A stretch of DNA of 64,000 bases, taken from assembly GCA_009859145.1 (NCBI GenBank), contig VRVR01000044.1:178208-242207 (forward strand), in the 5' to 3' direction. Positions 9,265 through 18,895 of the stretch are shown here, piece by piece. The notes below the pieces were generated by a model. That model searched no databases. It was given only the letters and a program-made list of their open reading frames with translations, and had not been told where the DNA came from. Both the position numbers and the translations under genes were made by a program. The DNA comes from Andalucia godoyi And28. Its lineage: Eukaryota; Protista; Jakobida. Every line of letters begins with the position of its first letter. Position 1 is the stretch's first letter.

Positions 9265-12174
9265 TTAGCACCTCTCAAATATGCGATACAGCTTTTCCAG
9301 GCTAGCGGCTTCAACAACGAATTTTGCAAAATGGGGCGACGGAAAGAAGAGAGTGCGCGACGCAGGATACAAAAAGGTAGAAACGTACGTTTGGATTGTC
9401 GAATCGGACACGAGGATTGGAGAGGCATCGTCTCCATCGTCGCACATTTCAGACGCATTCTGCGGAAGAGAAAAGAACCACCCCAGAGCTTTGCAGACCG
9501 ATCGGAAACACGGTTCTTCGTCGGACCAATCGACATCCAGTGCAAGGCGACAAAGAAGCTCGGGCACCCGACACAGCGGAGGGACATAGCCCGGGGCAAG
9601 GGCTGGAAGAGACATCAAAAGAGAGCCTCCATTCGTAAGCTTCAAAGAAAGATATTCCTCCAGCAGGTCAGCATGCATCCCAAGAATCTCAACCACCGAT
9701 TTTGTCTCTCGCTCGATCACCGCCGAGTCCGAGCACTTCTGCGCAAGGTACAGGCGAACGCTGTCTTCGATCGGAAGCGGCTCCTCAAGAGAAATCTTGT
9801 GCGAAAATCGCCCAAATCGCAGAGCCGCAGCATGTTCGCCCAACAAGACGCTCAAGACCTGGTGCTGAACAAGAAACAGTTTGGTCCGAAATTGGATGAG
9901 CGAGTATCTGCAATTCACATAGCCCACATACACATGTCGTTTGAAAATCTCCACAAGCTCTGGATCACTGTAGCGCACAATATCGTCCTTCATGCGATTG
10001 AGAGAATCAAGATCCAAATATTCGACACGAAAACAAGCACGTAGATTTGCCGGAACATCTTGCTCGCTTTGAACGACGACGGCGGTACTTTGGATGGGAA
10101 TTGTGGTCATTCCGACCTCCTCGTCCTCCATATCCATGCGCTCCACACCAGAATTCGAGTACAGTGACTGATTCGAAGACGGTTGTACCGCCCCAGCATC
10201 TGCGAGGATAGAGACCGCCGGCGGCAGACCGCGCTCATGCTTGGGGCAACAAACGTTGGGAGATGGGCCCTCTAAGATTCCCTGGGAAGGTGGTGATCCG
10301 AGGACCGCAGCAGCGGCTGGCGATGCAGAAGCCTCAGGCAAAGGAGACGCAGTTGAGGGAAAGACTACCGCCTTCTTAGAAAATGACGGCCGCATAAACA
10401 TGTTCAAGTTTGTTTGCGAGAATTCCGTGCGGTCCTTTTTGTATGGAAGAGGAGCTGCGATCGTTTGCGAACTCTGCGAAAAAGGAGTAAGCACAGATGC
10501 AAATGTTCGAGGCTTCTTTGCTACCGTTTCCATAACGGGTGCATCTCGAAGAGAAGAAGAAGAAGAAGAAGAAGAAGAAGAAGATGATGATTGTGGTTTT
10601 CGAACCAGAGATACAACGTCGTCCGAGTTTGAGTCGTCATCATCATCATCATCATCATCATCATCGTCGTCGTCGTCGTCTTTCAAAATGTCGTCGATGG
10701 CCATACGAGAGGATCGTTGCACCTTGGTTTTCGTATTGATTTCCTCACTACTTCCAGAGACTGGTCTGGATCGTTTTGACGTGGAAGTCGGGTCTTCCTC
10801 CTCCTCGTCGTCATCGAGACCAATGTTGCCAACAGGAGGAGCCGAGGTACGGACGACAAACTTCGAAGAGACCTCTTCTTCTGCCAAGGCATCTACCGCT
10901 CGATTGAGCAAACTGTTAGAGCGCACAGTCTGTGTCGTGAACGTCCTCGACTGCACCGATACTCCAATGTGTGTCTCAAACAGGCTGCGGATACGGAAAA
11001 TGATCTCTTCCTCACCAAGCATTGCGACCTCCTTCTTCGTAGGATGAACGTTCGCGTCCAGAAACTCAGGGGGAATATCCAGTGATAGGTACACGAAAGG
11101 CCTCCCATGATTTGGAAGGATTTGAAGATAAAAGGAGTCGATGGCCTTTTTGATTTTGGAAGACTCGACAAGGCGATTATTGATAAACAGCACAAAAATG
11201 GATTTCTTCGTCGAGTAGTTGGCGTTTGTAGCAGCAACATTGATTTTGCAACACTTTGCGATTTTTTGCGCCTCTGAAAATAGCTCTCTTCTTCTCGCGT
11301 CTGCCACGCCATTGGATTCGGTGCTGTCACCAGTGAGTTGTTCCTCCGCAAACTCCACAAGGTTGCCAGCAATCTGCGGCCCATACAGGATCTTGACTGC
11401 ATCTTTCCGATGGGAGGACGCACCTCCCGAAGTGAAGAAGTCGCTCGTTGCAGAATTCAGCGGGCCGTCCGCAATCTTCTTGACGTGAAAAGAAACCTTG
11501 TGGTAGTGCAATGCGTACCTCCGAACAATGTCTGCGATGCGAGCGTATTCTTCTGTTGACGATCCAGCAAAGGCAGATTTTCGCGTCGGCATGCTGTAGA
11601 ACATGTCTTCGACGGAAATCGTGGTTCCCGGAGTTCCAGCGCACGGCACGGGATCCGAAAGAAGCTTTCCATCAAGATACTTGGCCCTGTAGGCACATAT
11701 CGAATCGTTTGTTTTTGTCGTCACACTGAAATGGGCGACATGTGAAATTGACGCAAGGGCCTCTCCACGAAACCCAAACGTCGTCAGCCTCGACAAGTCG
11801 TCAAACTGCGATATCTTTGAAGTCGCAAATCGCTCGCAGAGCAACCCAAGGTCGTCCAATCGAATCCCGGAGCCATTATCCGAGATCATCAGTTGCTTCA
11901 GTCCGCCCGACTTAATCGACACTGTAATTTGCGTAGCACCTGCATCTAGACTGTTCTCAAGCATCTCCTTTACTGCCGAGCTTGGTCGCTGGATCACCTC
12001 TCCAGCCGCTATTCGGTTAATCACAACCGCATCAAGCTTTCGAATCGCTCGACTCGCCCGAACAACCTCCACACTCTCTCTTCCTCCTTCTCCATCTTCT
12101 TGTGCGTCGTCGCGTTGTCGCTGTTGATGCTGTCTGCTTTCATCATTTTCAGAAACGCCACACTCCACCATCAT
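9265..12174 (-). CDS. MLH1: DNA mismatch repair protein MLH1
   Basis: NRIAAGEVIQRPSSAVKEMLENSLDAG, DNGSGI, TFGFRGEALASISHVA, DANVHPTKKEV and the C-terminal LYRIFERC signature. Confidence 0.97.
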   Translation of the reverse strand: MMVECGVSENDESRQHQQRQRDDAQEDGEGGRESVEVVRASRAIRKLDAVVINRIAAGEVIQRPSSAVKEMLENSLDAGATQITVSIKSGGLKQLMISDNGSGIRLDDLGLLCERFATSKISQFDDLSRLTTFGFRGEALASISHVAHFSVTTKTNDSICAYRAKYLDGKLLSDPVPCAGTPGTTISVEDMFYSMPTRKSAFAGSSTEEYARIADIVRRYALHYHKVSFHVKKIADGPLNSATSDFFTSGGASSHRKDAVKILYGPQIAGNLVEFAEEQLTGDSTESNGVADARRRELFSEAQKIAKCCKINVAATNANYSTKKSIFVLFINNRLVESSKIKKAIDSFYLQILPNHGRPFVYLSLDIPPEFLDANVHPTKKEVAMLGEEEIIFRIRSLFETHIGVSVQSRTFTTQTVRSNSLLNRAVDALAEEEVSSKFVVRTSAPPVGNIGLDDDEEEEDPTSTSKRSRPVSGSSEEINTKTKVQRSSRMAIDDILKDDDDDDDDDDDDDDDDSNSDDVVSLVRKPQSSSSSSSSSSSSSLRDAPVMETVAKKPRTFASVLTPFSQSSQTIAAPLPYKKDRTEFSQTNLNMFMRPSFSKKAVVFPSTASPLPEASASPAAAAVLGSPPSQGILEGPSPNVCCPKHERGLPPAVSILADAGAVQPSSNQSLYSNSGVERMDMEDEEVGMTTIPIQSTAVVVQSEQDVPANLRACFRVEYLDLDSLNRMKDDIVRYSDPELVEIFKRHVYVGYVNCRYSLIQFRTKLFLVQHQVLSVLLGEHAAALRFGRFSHKISLEEPLPIEDSVRLYLAQKCSDSAVIERETKSVVEILGMHADLLEEYLSLKLTNGGSLLMSLPALAPGYVPPLCRVPELLCRLALDVDWSDEEPCFRSVCKALGWFFSLPQNASEMCDDGDDASPILVSDSTIQTYVSTFLYPASRTLFFPSPHFAKFVVEAASLEKLYRIFERC

Positions 12175-12758
12175 CTTTTCCCGAGCCCAAAGTACGAGGA
12201 GAGGGATATTAAAAAAACCAAAATAATAATTATAATAATAATAATAACAACAACAACAACAATAACAACAACAAATATTAAAAGAAAAAAAAAGAAAGGT
12301 GTAAAATGCGCAGAGACACGAAGTTCAGCGACTTTTTCAGATTCCCACAAAGAAAGCCGAAGAGTCGGGGAAAAAGAAAAAGAAAAATGGAGGGATTCCT
12401 TTCGGACAAATCCCCGCTGTTTCCCGGGAAAAAGCCCCATCGACTTGTACGGCAGGTGGCTCTCCGGTTTCTCAACGACTGTAGAAACGCCCCCCCTCCA
12501 AAAAAAAAAAAAAGAAAACAGAAAACAGAAAACCATAACAAAACTACAAAACAACCGCGACTTTTCCTATTTAATGATTTGTATTTATTATAATTTTTTA
12601 TTTTCCTTCTTCTTCCATTTCTCAATGGACTGTCCTTTTGCCAGCATCTCTTCAGTTTGAATTCAGTTCAGTGGCAGTTTACGCCAAAAAAAGAAGAGAG
12701 TGGACATTGTGAGAATAGCAACATTGCATCTGCACGAATTCAACGGTATTTTTTGAGG

Positions 12759-14993
12759 ATGTTGAGAACCGGGTTCAACACCCGCGAATCTGTGCTGGAT
12801 TTTCAAAAGGCGGTTGGGCAAGCGGTCAAGTCTGCGAGTCTGGCGTCGACTTCGTTCATGAAGCAGCCGGCGTCGGGCATGACTCCGGCGATTGAGGAGC
12901 AGACGCTGGCTGTCAGATCGCGTGTCTCGAAGCTTCTGGAGTCGTTTATGGGCAAGTTCCGAGTCGCGGATGTGATGCTGGAAGACACGGATACGGTCGG
13001 CGACATGTTTCTGGACCGAATTGACTACTATTTGGACGAAGCGAATGGGCTGCATAAGAAATCATCTGTCGTTTCTGGTTCATCGGCGCTGAGCAAGCAG
13101 CAGCAGCAGGCGCCAAAGAAGATCAAGTTTTCGGACGTCGATAATTCTAACACGAGGTTTATGCCCAGAATCACAAGAAAGCCGAATGCACTGGCTGCGC
13201 TCCCCGAATATGCAAAGCTGGATCTATCTGTACCCAAAGTCGCAATCGATGAAGTGCTGATACAGCAGTACGGATCTCCGCAGATATGGAAATCTCTGGA
13301 GGAAGAAGAGCGCAAGCTGAAGGAGTCTATTGCGCCGCATCCATATTCTGTGGAGATCGAGAGTTTGGAAGGCAGCTCGCACCGCGATCTGTCTGCTATT
13401 TCAAGCGCGAATCCGTTTTCGCATCTGCTGGAGAATTTTGAAGGGACTCGGGCTGTGTGGGTGGATACTGCGGCTGCTCTGGGTCAAATGGTGTCCGAAA
13501 TCGAGCACTCGGCAGTACGTGTCGTTGCCGTCGATCTGGAGGCACACGCATACCGGTCTTTCCAAGGAATTGTATGTCTGATGCAGGTTTCCGTGAGCGA
13601 GCGGGACTACCTGGTGGATACGATTGCTCTGAGATCGTCCATTGGACCGGCGCTCTTGCCAATCTTCTCCGATCCAAAATTTGTCAAGGTTCTCCACGGT
13701 GCCGATATGGACGTCCTGTGGCTCCAGCGTGATTTTGGGATATATGTAGTCAACCTGTTTGACACCGGCCAGGCCGCTCGGATTCTTGGTTTAGATTCCG
13801 CCGGCTATGCGCATTCGTTGGTCCAGTACTGCAATGTCGTTACCGACAAGAAGTTTCAGCTTGCAGACTGGAGAATCCGTCCGCTGACAGAAGAAATGTC
13901 GCGTTACGCACGCATGGATTCTCATTTTCTTTTGTACATTTTTGCGCAGATGACCAAGGAATTATCGGAGAAGAACCTTTTGCAAGAGTGCTTTGCGCGC
14001 AGCGATGCAGTTGCTCTCAAGATGTACGAGAAGGATCTCTTGACGGACAGATCTCACGTGTTTGCCCTGCGAAAGTATGAAACATCTGGCAGAGGGAAAT
14101 TGACGGCCAATCAACGCGCGGCCTTTCGTGAATTGTACCACTGGCGAGATCGGCTGGCTCGGTTTGAAGACGAATCTGTTCAGTTTGTTTGCCCGAATGC
14201 TGTGCTAGCATCCATCGCTGTTACGCTTCCGACCGATCGCGATGGCTTGCTGCGCTCCTGCAACCCCCGTGTGCCGTACCTTGTCCGGAAGTATGCGGAT
14301 GATTTGGTTAGGATGATTCTTGCGTGCAAATCGAATACAGAATCCTCGTCCACTGCGTTTCCCGATATGGATTCGACGTCGGCTCTCTCTTTCTACATTT
14401 CTCACGAGCCCGAGAACATGGCTGCCGAAATCGCGAAGAACTTGTCTTCACCCACTTCTGTTCCCGTTGTGTTCCCACGGCGTCTGGAACTCAGAATGTC
14501 TCCGGAGCCGTCTGCAAAGACGTTTGCGAGTGCCCCATCATGGAACCGAACGCAACTGCAAGTCATGCAAGTGTTTCAGTCTTTTGTTCCTGTGTTTCCG
14601 GCAGTGAAGCTTGCATCACGCGAAGAAACACGGGCTGTCCAAGAAGCTATGGCAAAAGAAGCAGCCGCAGCGACTGCAGCTACCAAGAATTATTCCACCG
14701 CAGCTTCTTCCGAAAAGGCACAGCCAATATTTGCCGCCGCTGCCGAAGAAGAAGAAGAAGAGGATCAGCCATTTGATGTTCTCAAGATCCAGCAGCCTTC
14801 TGCAAAGAAGCGAAAACTCAACGAAGAGGAATTCAAGCCGGTGGATCTTCTTGCGGAATCGAAGAAGCAAGTCTCGGTCGCAGTCGCCAAATCTGAAGAA
14901 CCTGCGTTCCGGATTACTGAGCCTGCAGAGAGTGCAGCAAACGTGTACAAACCCCGAATCAAGCGATCCAAGAATCGTTCCGCTGTCCTGTAA
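12759..14993 (+). CDS. RRP6: Exosome 3'-5' exonuclease RRP6/EXOSC10
   Basis: DEDD exonuclease motifs AVDLEAHAYRSFQGIVCLMQVS, KVLHGADMDVLWLQRDFG, FQLADWRIRPL and YARMDSHFLLY. HRDC domain WRDRLARFEDESVQFVCPN. Confidence 0.95.
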   Translation: MLRTGFNTRESVLDFQKAVGQAVKSASLASTSFMKQPASGMTPAIEEQTLAVRSRVSKLLESFMGKFRVADVMLEDTDTVGDMFLDRIDYYLDEANGLHKKSSVVSGSSALSKQQQQAPKKIKFSDVDNSNTRFMPRITRKPNALAALPEYAKLDLSVPKVAIDEVLIQQYGSPQIWKSLEEEERKLKESIAPHPYSVEIESLEGSSHRDLSAISSANPFSHLLENFEGTRAVWVDTAAALGQMVSEIEHSAVRVVAVDLEAHAYRSFQGIVCLMQVSVSERDYLVDTIALRSSIGPALLPIFSDPKFVKVLHGADMDVLWLQRDFGIYVVNLFDTGQAARILGLDSAGYAHSLVQYCNVVTDKKFQLADWRIRPLTEEMSRYARMDSHFLLYIFAQMTKELSEKNLLQECFARSDAVALKMYEKDLLTDRSHVFALRKYETSGRGKLTANQRAAFRELYHWRDRLARFEDESVQFVCPNAVLASIAVTLPTDRDGLLRSCNPRVPYLVRKYADDLVRMILACKSNTESSSTAFPDMDSTSALSFYISHEPENMAAEIAKNLSSPTSVPVVFPRRLELRMSPEPSAKTFASAPSWNRTQLQVMQVFQSFVPVFPAVKLASREETRAVQEAMAKEAAAATAATKNYSTAASSEKAQPIFAAAAEEEEEEDQPFDVLKIQQPSAKKRKLNEEEFKPVDLLAESKKQVSVAVAKSEEPAFRITEPAESAANVYKPRIKRSKNRSAVL

Positions 14994-15112
14994 ACGAAAA
15001 CAACAGCACCTTCCATGATTACCGTTGCCGTCGTTGCCATCTTCTTTTGGTACCTTCCCCGTTACTTCATGTTAATTGCTGCTGCATTAATTTTTGTATT
15101 TTGTATTTGTAC

Positions 15113-15736
15113 TCATTCCCAGAACTTCTCACTGGACAGCCACGGACCAAGTGCAAACAGCAGCCCATGTTCATATGCGGCCTGTCGACCCAGATGTCCA
15201 TCCGTCAAGATGCCCATTGCACCGAGGCCTGATCGAACGTCGGTCAGCCCCGTCAGGGAATCAATGACGTCTGCCAGTTCTTTCCCTTCATTCAAAATTG
15301 GATGAATCAGAGGCCCACGCATCTCAAACCGCGCAGAAGACCCGTAGCCCACACGGCCAGCCGAATCGATCACTGCCATCCACCCACACTCAAAATACTT
15401 GGTCTCTCCCGTCGAGAACTCCACAGTTTCCACTCCGCCCTCGAGTCCGACTCCAAAACAGAGCGTCTGACCGTCCGTCAGACTCTGTGCGAACTCGTCA
15501 GCAACCACCGCCAGCGACTTTCTCGCACGATTCACAGCTCCCTCAATCGTCGCTGCCGCTGTCATTGGCTGTGCCGAGACATCCGAAGAAACCGCCAAGC
15601 CAACCACCTGCAGTTCAACATTCGGAAACACTCGCGCAAAAATCGCTTCCACAGTACCCACTTTAGCCTTGTTGGTCGACCCAACTCCAACTACCATCTT
15701 CGTCACTCGCTCTGGTACCACCACCATTCCAGCCAC
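15113..15736 (-). CDS. yjjX: Non-canonical purine NTP phosphatase (ITPase/XTPase), YjjX family
   Basis: VGSTNKAKV, VSSDVSAQPM, GAVNRAR, GVGLEGG, GYGSSARFEM, GAMGILTDGHLGRQAAY. Confidence 0.88.
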   Translation of the reverse strand: MAGMVVVPERVTKMVVGVGSTNKAKVGTVEAIFARVFPNVELQVVGLAVSSDVSAQPMTAAATIEGAVNRARKSLAVVADEFAQSLTDGQTLCFGVGLEGGVETVEFSTGETKYFECGWMAVIDSAGRVGYGSSARFEMRGPLIHPILNEGKELADVIDSLTGLTDVRSGLGAMGILTDGHLGRQAAYEHGLLFALGPWLSSEKFWE

Positions 15737-16436
15737 TCTCCTGATTTTCCCTTTAGAAATTAACGGAAAGGACGTGTTTTTGTTTTGTTCTCTTCCTTCT
15801 TCTTTTTTCTAGTGAAGTTTTCTTTTAATGTTAAGAGTGTATGTTTGCTGTTCTCTCGCGGTTCGCAACTTCCCGCATTCCCCGCGCAGTCGGAGGATTT
15901 TGCTGTCGAGAAAGATCCGATAACCCAGCATTGGGCAAGGTTGTTGGATTTTTGAACAACAGGCAGCGCAAAAGCAAGACTGTTACATACATGGCCTGGC
16001 GGGTGCCGTTGAAGGAGGCGTCGGATTCTAGTGTTATAGCCGTTTCTTCTATGGTGCAGTAACGGTAATTCGCGGACGTTGCTGGCTGCAGTCATAACGT
16101 CGATTACTTGACGACCACGCATCCATGCTGAGAAATTTTTTACTGTTGTAAGTTTGTTCTTTGGATGTGTCACCGCAAAGATCAAACTGTCTATCGAGAA
16201 GACATGCTCTGCTAAAAAGGCAGAAGGCCGGGCGGGACACAAAAAGAGGAAAGACATGGAAAGCTCAAAAAACACCGGCGTGATACGACTTTTACTGCAA
16301 GCAAGCCACCTAATGGTCCATCCATCCATTCATTCAAATAGTAGAAGTGATAAACGATTCGACACTACGCTGGGCGTACGGACAATTCGACAAACGGTAC
16401 CAAAATGTCCAGTCGACCGAAAACAGAAGATCATTC

Positions 16437-17690
16437 TTACTGGACGAAATCAAGCGCGCGTTTAACGTCTGCAAGCAGATCGTCGCATTCTTCGATGCCG
16501 AACGAGAGTCTCACGAGTCCATCATCGATTCCGAGCATGGCTCTGTGTTCAGCAGGAACGGATGCATGAGTCATGCTTGCCGGATGCTCGGCCAGGGACT
16601 CGACGCCTCCGAGGGATTCTGCAAGTGCGAAGAACGTGAGATTCTTCAAAAACGCATGGGCATTGGGCAGCCCTCCCCGGAGCACAACAGTGACCATTCC
16701 ACCGAAGCACTTCATCTGACGCGCTGCAAGCTGGTGCTGCGGATGGCTCTTCAGCCCTGGATAAATGACCTTTTGAATCTTTCCAGCATGCTTGTCGGCG
16801 ATGTTCGCGTCCATAAGCGACTCGAGATACGTCGACACAGTCGTTGCATTCGTTTCCGCCGCCCGCATTCTGAGATGCAGGGTTTTCAGTCCACGAAGAG
16901 CCAAATAGCAGTCAAACGGCGACGGGGTAGCGCCGATTGCATTTTGATGGAACTTGAGTTGGGCGGCAAGTTCAGGAGTACCAGTGATCACAACGCCCAT
17001 CACGACGTCAGAGTGTCCACCAATGTACTTTGTCACCGAGTGCAGCACAATGTCTGCACCGAGCTTGAGCGGGTTCTGAGCATACGGCGACATGAACGTG
17101 TTATCCACCAGCAACAGTGCTCCGGCCTCGTGAGCAATCGCCGCCGCACGGGCAATGTCAACGAGCTTCAGCGTGGGGTTTGTCGGTGTTTCGATCCAGA
17201 TCAGCTTCGCTGGCTTTGCCTTCACCAGCTTCTCAAACTCGGAAGATCCATCATGGTCAAACGCCGTCGTCTGCACCTTGTCCGAGCTTGCACACATGTC
17301 GACGAACGAAAACTCGATTCCATAGTGCGCAAAGCAGCGGCGGAAAAGCCTCTGCGTGCCCCCATACACATCGTCCACCACAATGACATGATCACCCGGC
17401 TTGCACAGCGTATGAATAACCGTTGTGGAAGCACCAAGCCCCGATCCAAACGCAAACGCATGTGTTCCGTGTTCTGTTGCCGCCACCGCCTCTTCAAACG
17501 CCTGCCGAGTTGGGTTTCCAGATCGGGCATAGTCGTAGTGGCCGGGATAAAGCTGCGCTGGAGCATGCTGCGCAAACGTCGTCGACAGCGAAATCGGTGT
17601 AATCACCGCTCCAGTATTAGGATCCGGGTCCTGGCCGACATGGATAGCCTTGGTGCCAAAGCCCCAGCTGTGGTGGTTAGATGGGTCCAT
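16437..17690 (-). CDS. CTH: Cystathionine gamma-lyase (PLP-dependent transsulfuration enzyme)
   Basis: GFGTKAIHVGQ, YARSGNPTR, DDVYGGT, WIETPTNP, VDNTF, HSVTKYIGGHSD (PLP lysine), LAESLGGVESL. Start taken at MDPSNHH. Confidence 0.93.
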   Translation of the reverse strand: MDPSNHHSWGFGTKAIHVGQDPDPNTGAVITPISLSTTFAQHAPAQLYPGHYDYARSGNPTRQAFEEAVAATEHGTHAFAFGSGLGASTTVIHTLCKPGDHVIVVDDVYGGTQRLFRRCFAHYGIEFSFVDMCASSDKVQTTAFDHDGSSEFEKLVKAKPAKLIWIETPTNPTLKLVDIARAAAIAHEAGALLLVDNTFMSPYAQNPLKLGADIVLHSVTKYIGGHSDVVMGVVITGTPELAAQLKFHQNAIGATPSPFDCYLALRGLKTLHLRMRAAETNATTVSTYLESLMDANIADKHAGKIQKVIYPGLKSHPQHQLAARQMKCFGGMVTVVLRGGLPNAHAFLKNLTFFALAESLGGVESLAEHPASMTHASVPAEHRAMLGIDDGLVRLSFGIEECDDLLADVKRALDFVQ

Positions 17691-17888
17691 GTTCTCTGCT
17701 ACGGTTGCTACTGCTATCCACGATGCGTTTATCCTCTTCCAATACAAGCGAAATCGCAAACGGAAACGGTTACAACAGGAAGAAAAAGAAAAAGAAAATA
17801 TATATATATAATATACAGAATAAAATAAAACAAATAAATAAATTGAACAAGAGAAAACGAATCGAGAGATTGAAGATATGGAAAGGGA

Positions 17889-17921
<33 letters not shown>

Positions 17922-18895
17922 GACAAAAGGCGGAACTGCTGTGGAGTTCCTGTTGAATTGGACTGTACGACTACAGTTGGGACTACGACAGAAATGGAGT
18001 CTATCCGTCAGTCGGGGGGCGGCCGACGACTGTTGCGATCGTTTGCACTCTGCAGCAGCTTCCCTTTGTGCTGAATGCGTTCTTCCTTCTGCTCCCTCGA
18101 ATGCCAGCGGGGAGCAGCTAGCAATCAGCAAACCACAAAGCGCTGTTCTGTCGAAGGCAGGATCGAGCAGGCTGCCTTGTGCGGCGTGGCTGGGCGCAGT
18201 GCGGACAGACATTGGGGCTTTGTGACAGTTCCCCAATGTTTTTGAGAGTGCTCGGAAGCTGCTTTGTCAAGAGGAGAAGTTCCCCCAATTCGAGCTTTCC
18301 TTGTCTGCTCGTACAGAGCCCTGCAAGTGTAGCACCGTGCCTGCTTCTCTGGATGGTCTCCGAACAAATTGTTGCAGTCTGCTCTTACCAGCCTTGCACC
18401 AAAAGGCTCCTGCTTTGCTTGCATACTCTCCAGTTCTCTGCAACTGGAGTGCTGGTTGCCGATAGGATGAGCCTTCCACGCGGACATCTGCTTCCATTTT
18501 CAGAATGTGTGTGTGGTCTGGCGGTCTGGCGGTCCCATCGCTGGCGGTCCACCTGCCGGGCCCAATTTCGATTTCTGCATGTGCGAATCCTGCTTTCAGT
18601 TAAGTCCACCAACAAGTCCCCCCCGCCTAACTGACAGAGCTTTTTTAAATTTAATTTACATACTTCTTCTTCTGCTGTGCTTCGTCATTCTCCTTGTTCT
18701 TCTTTCTCTGCAGTACTTCCCTCTTTCACTTTCTATAAAGATCATCTCTATTTCCTCTTTGCGGTGTCCGTGTGCATGCGCATCTGGTGACCATTCGCAC
18801 GCTAACGGTCGTTGAGAAGGCGATTGTGTGCATTCGTTCTTCTTTTACACATACTTTACGTAGAGATAGTTTCTTGAGGAGGGCGACAGTCGGTA

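Noticed and set aside
16080-16230. Minus-strand SIDSLIFAVTHPKNKLTTVKNFSAW, weakly like the Spt3/TAF13 histone-fold motif
   Set aside because: The rest of the ORF lacks the N-terminal histone-fold features. Too weak without an HMM search.
16347-17828. 493-aa plus-strand ORF, and similar long ORFs at 8299-9264 (-), 36246-37376 (-), 9229-10044 (+) and 41247-42149 (-)
   Set aside because: Antisense shadows of well-supported genes. They show no family motifs.
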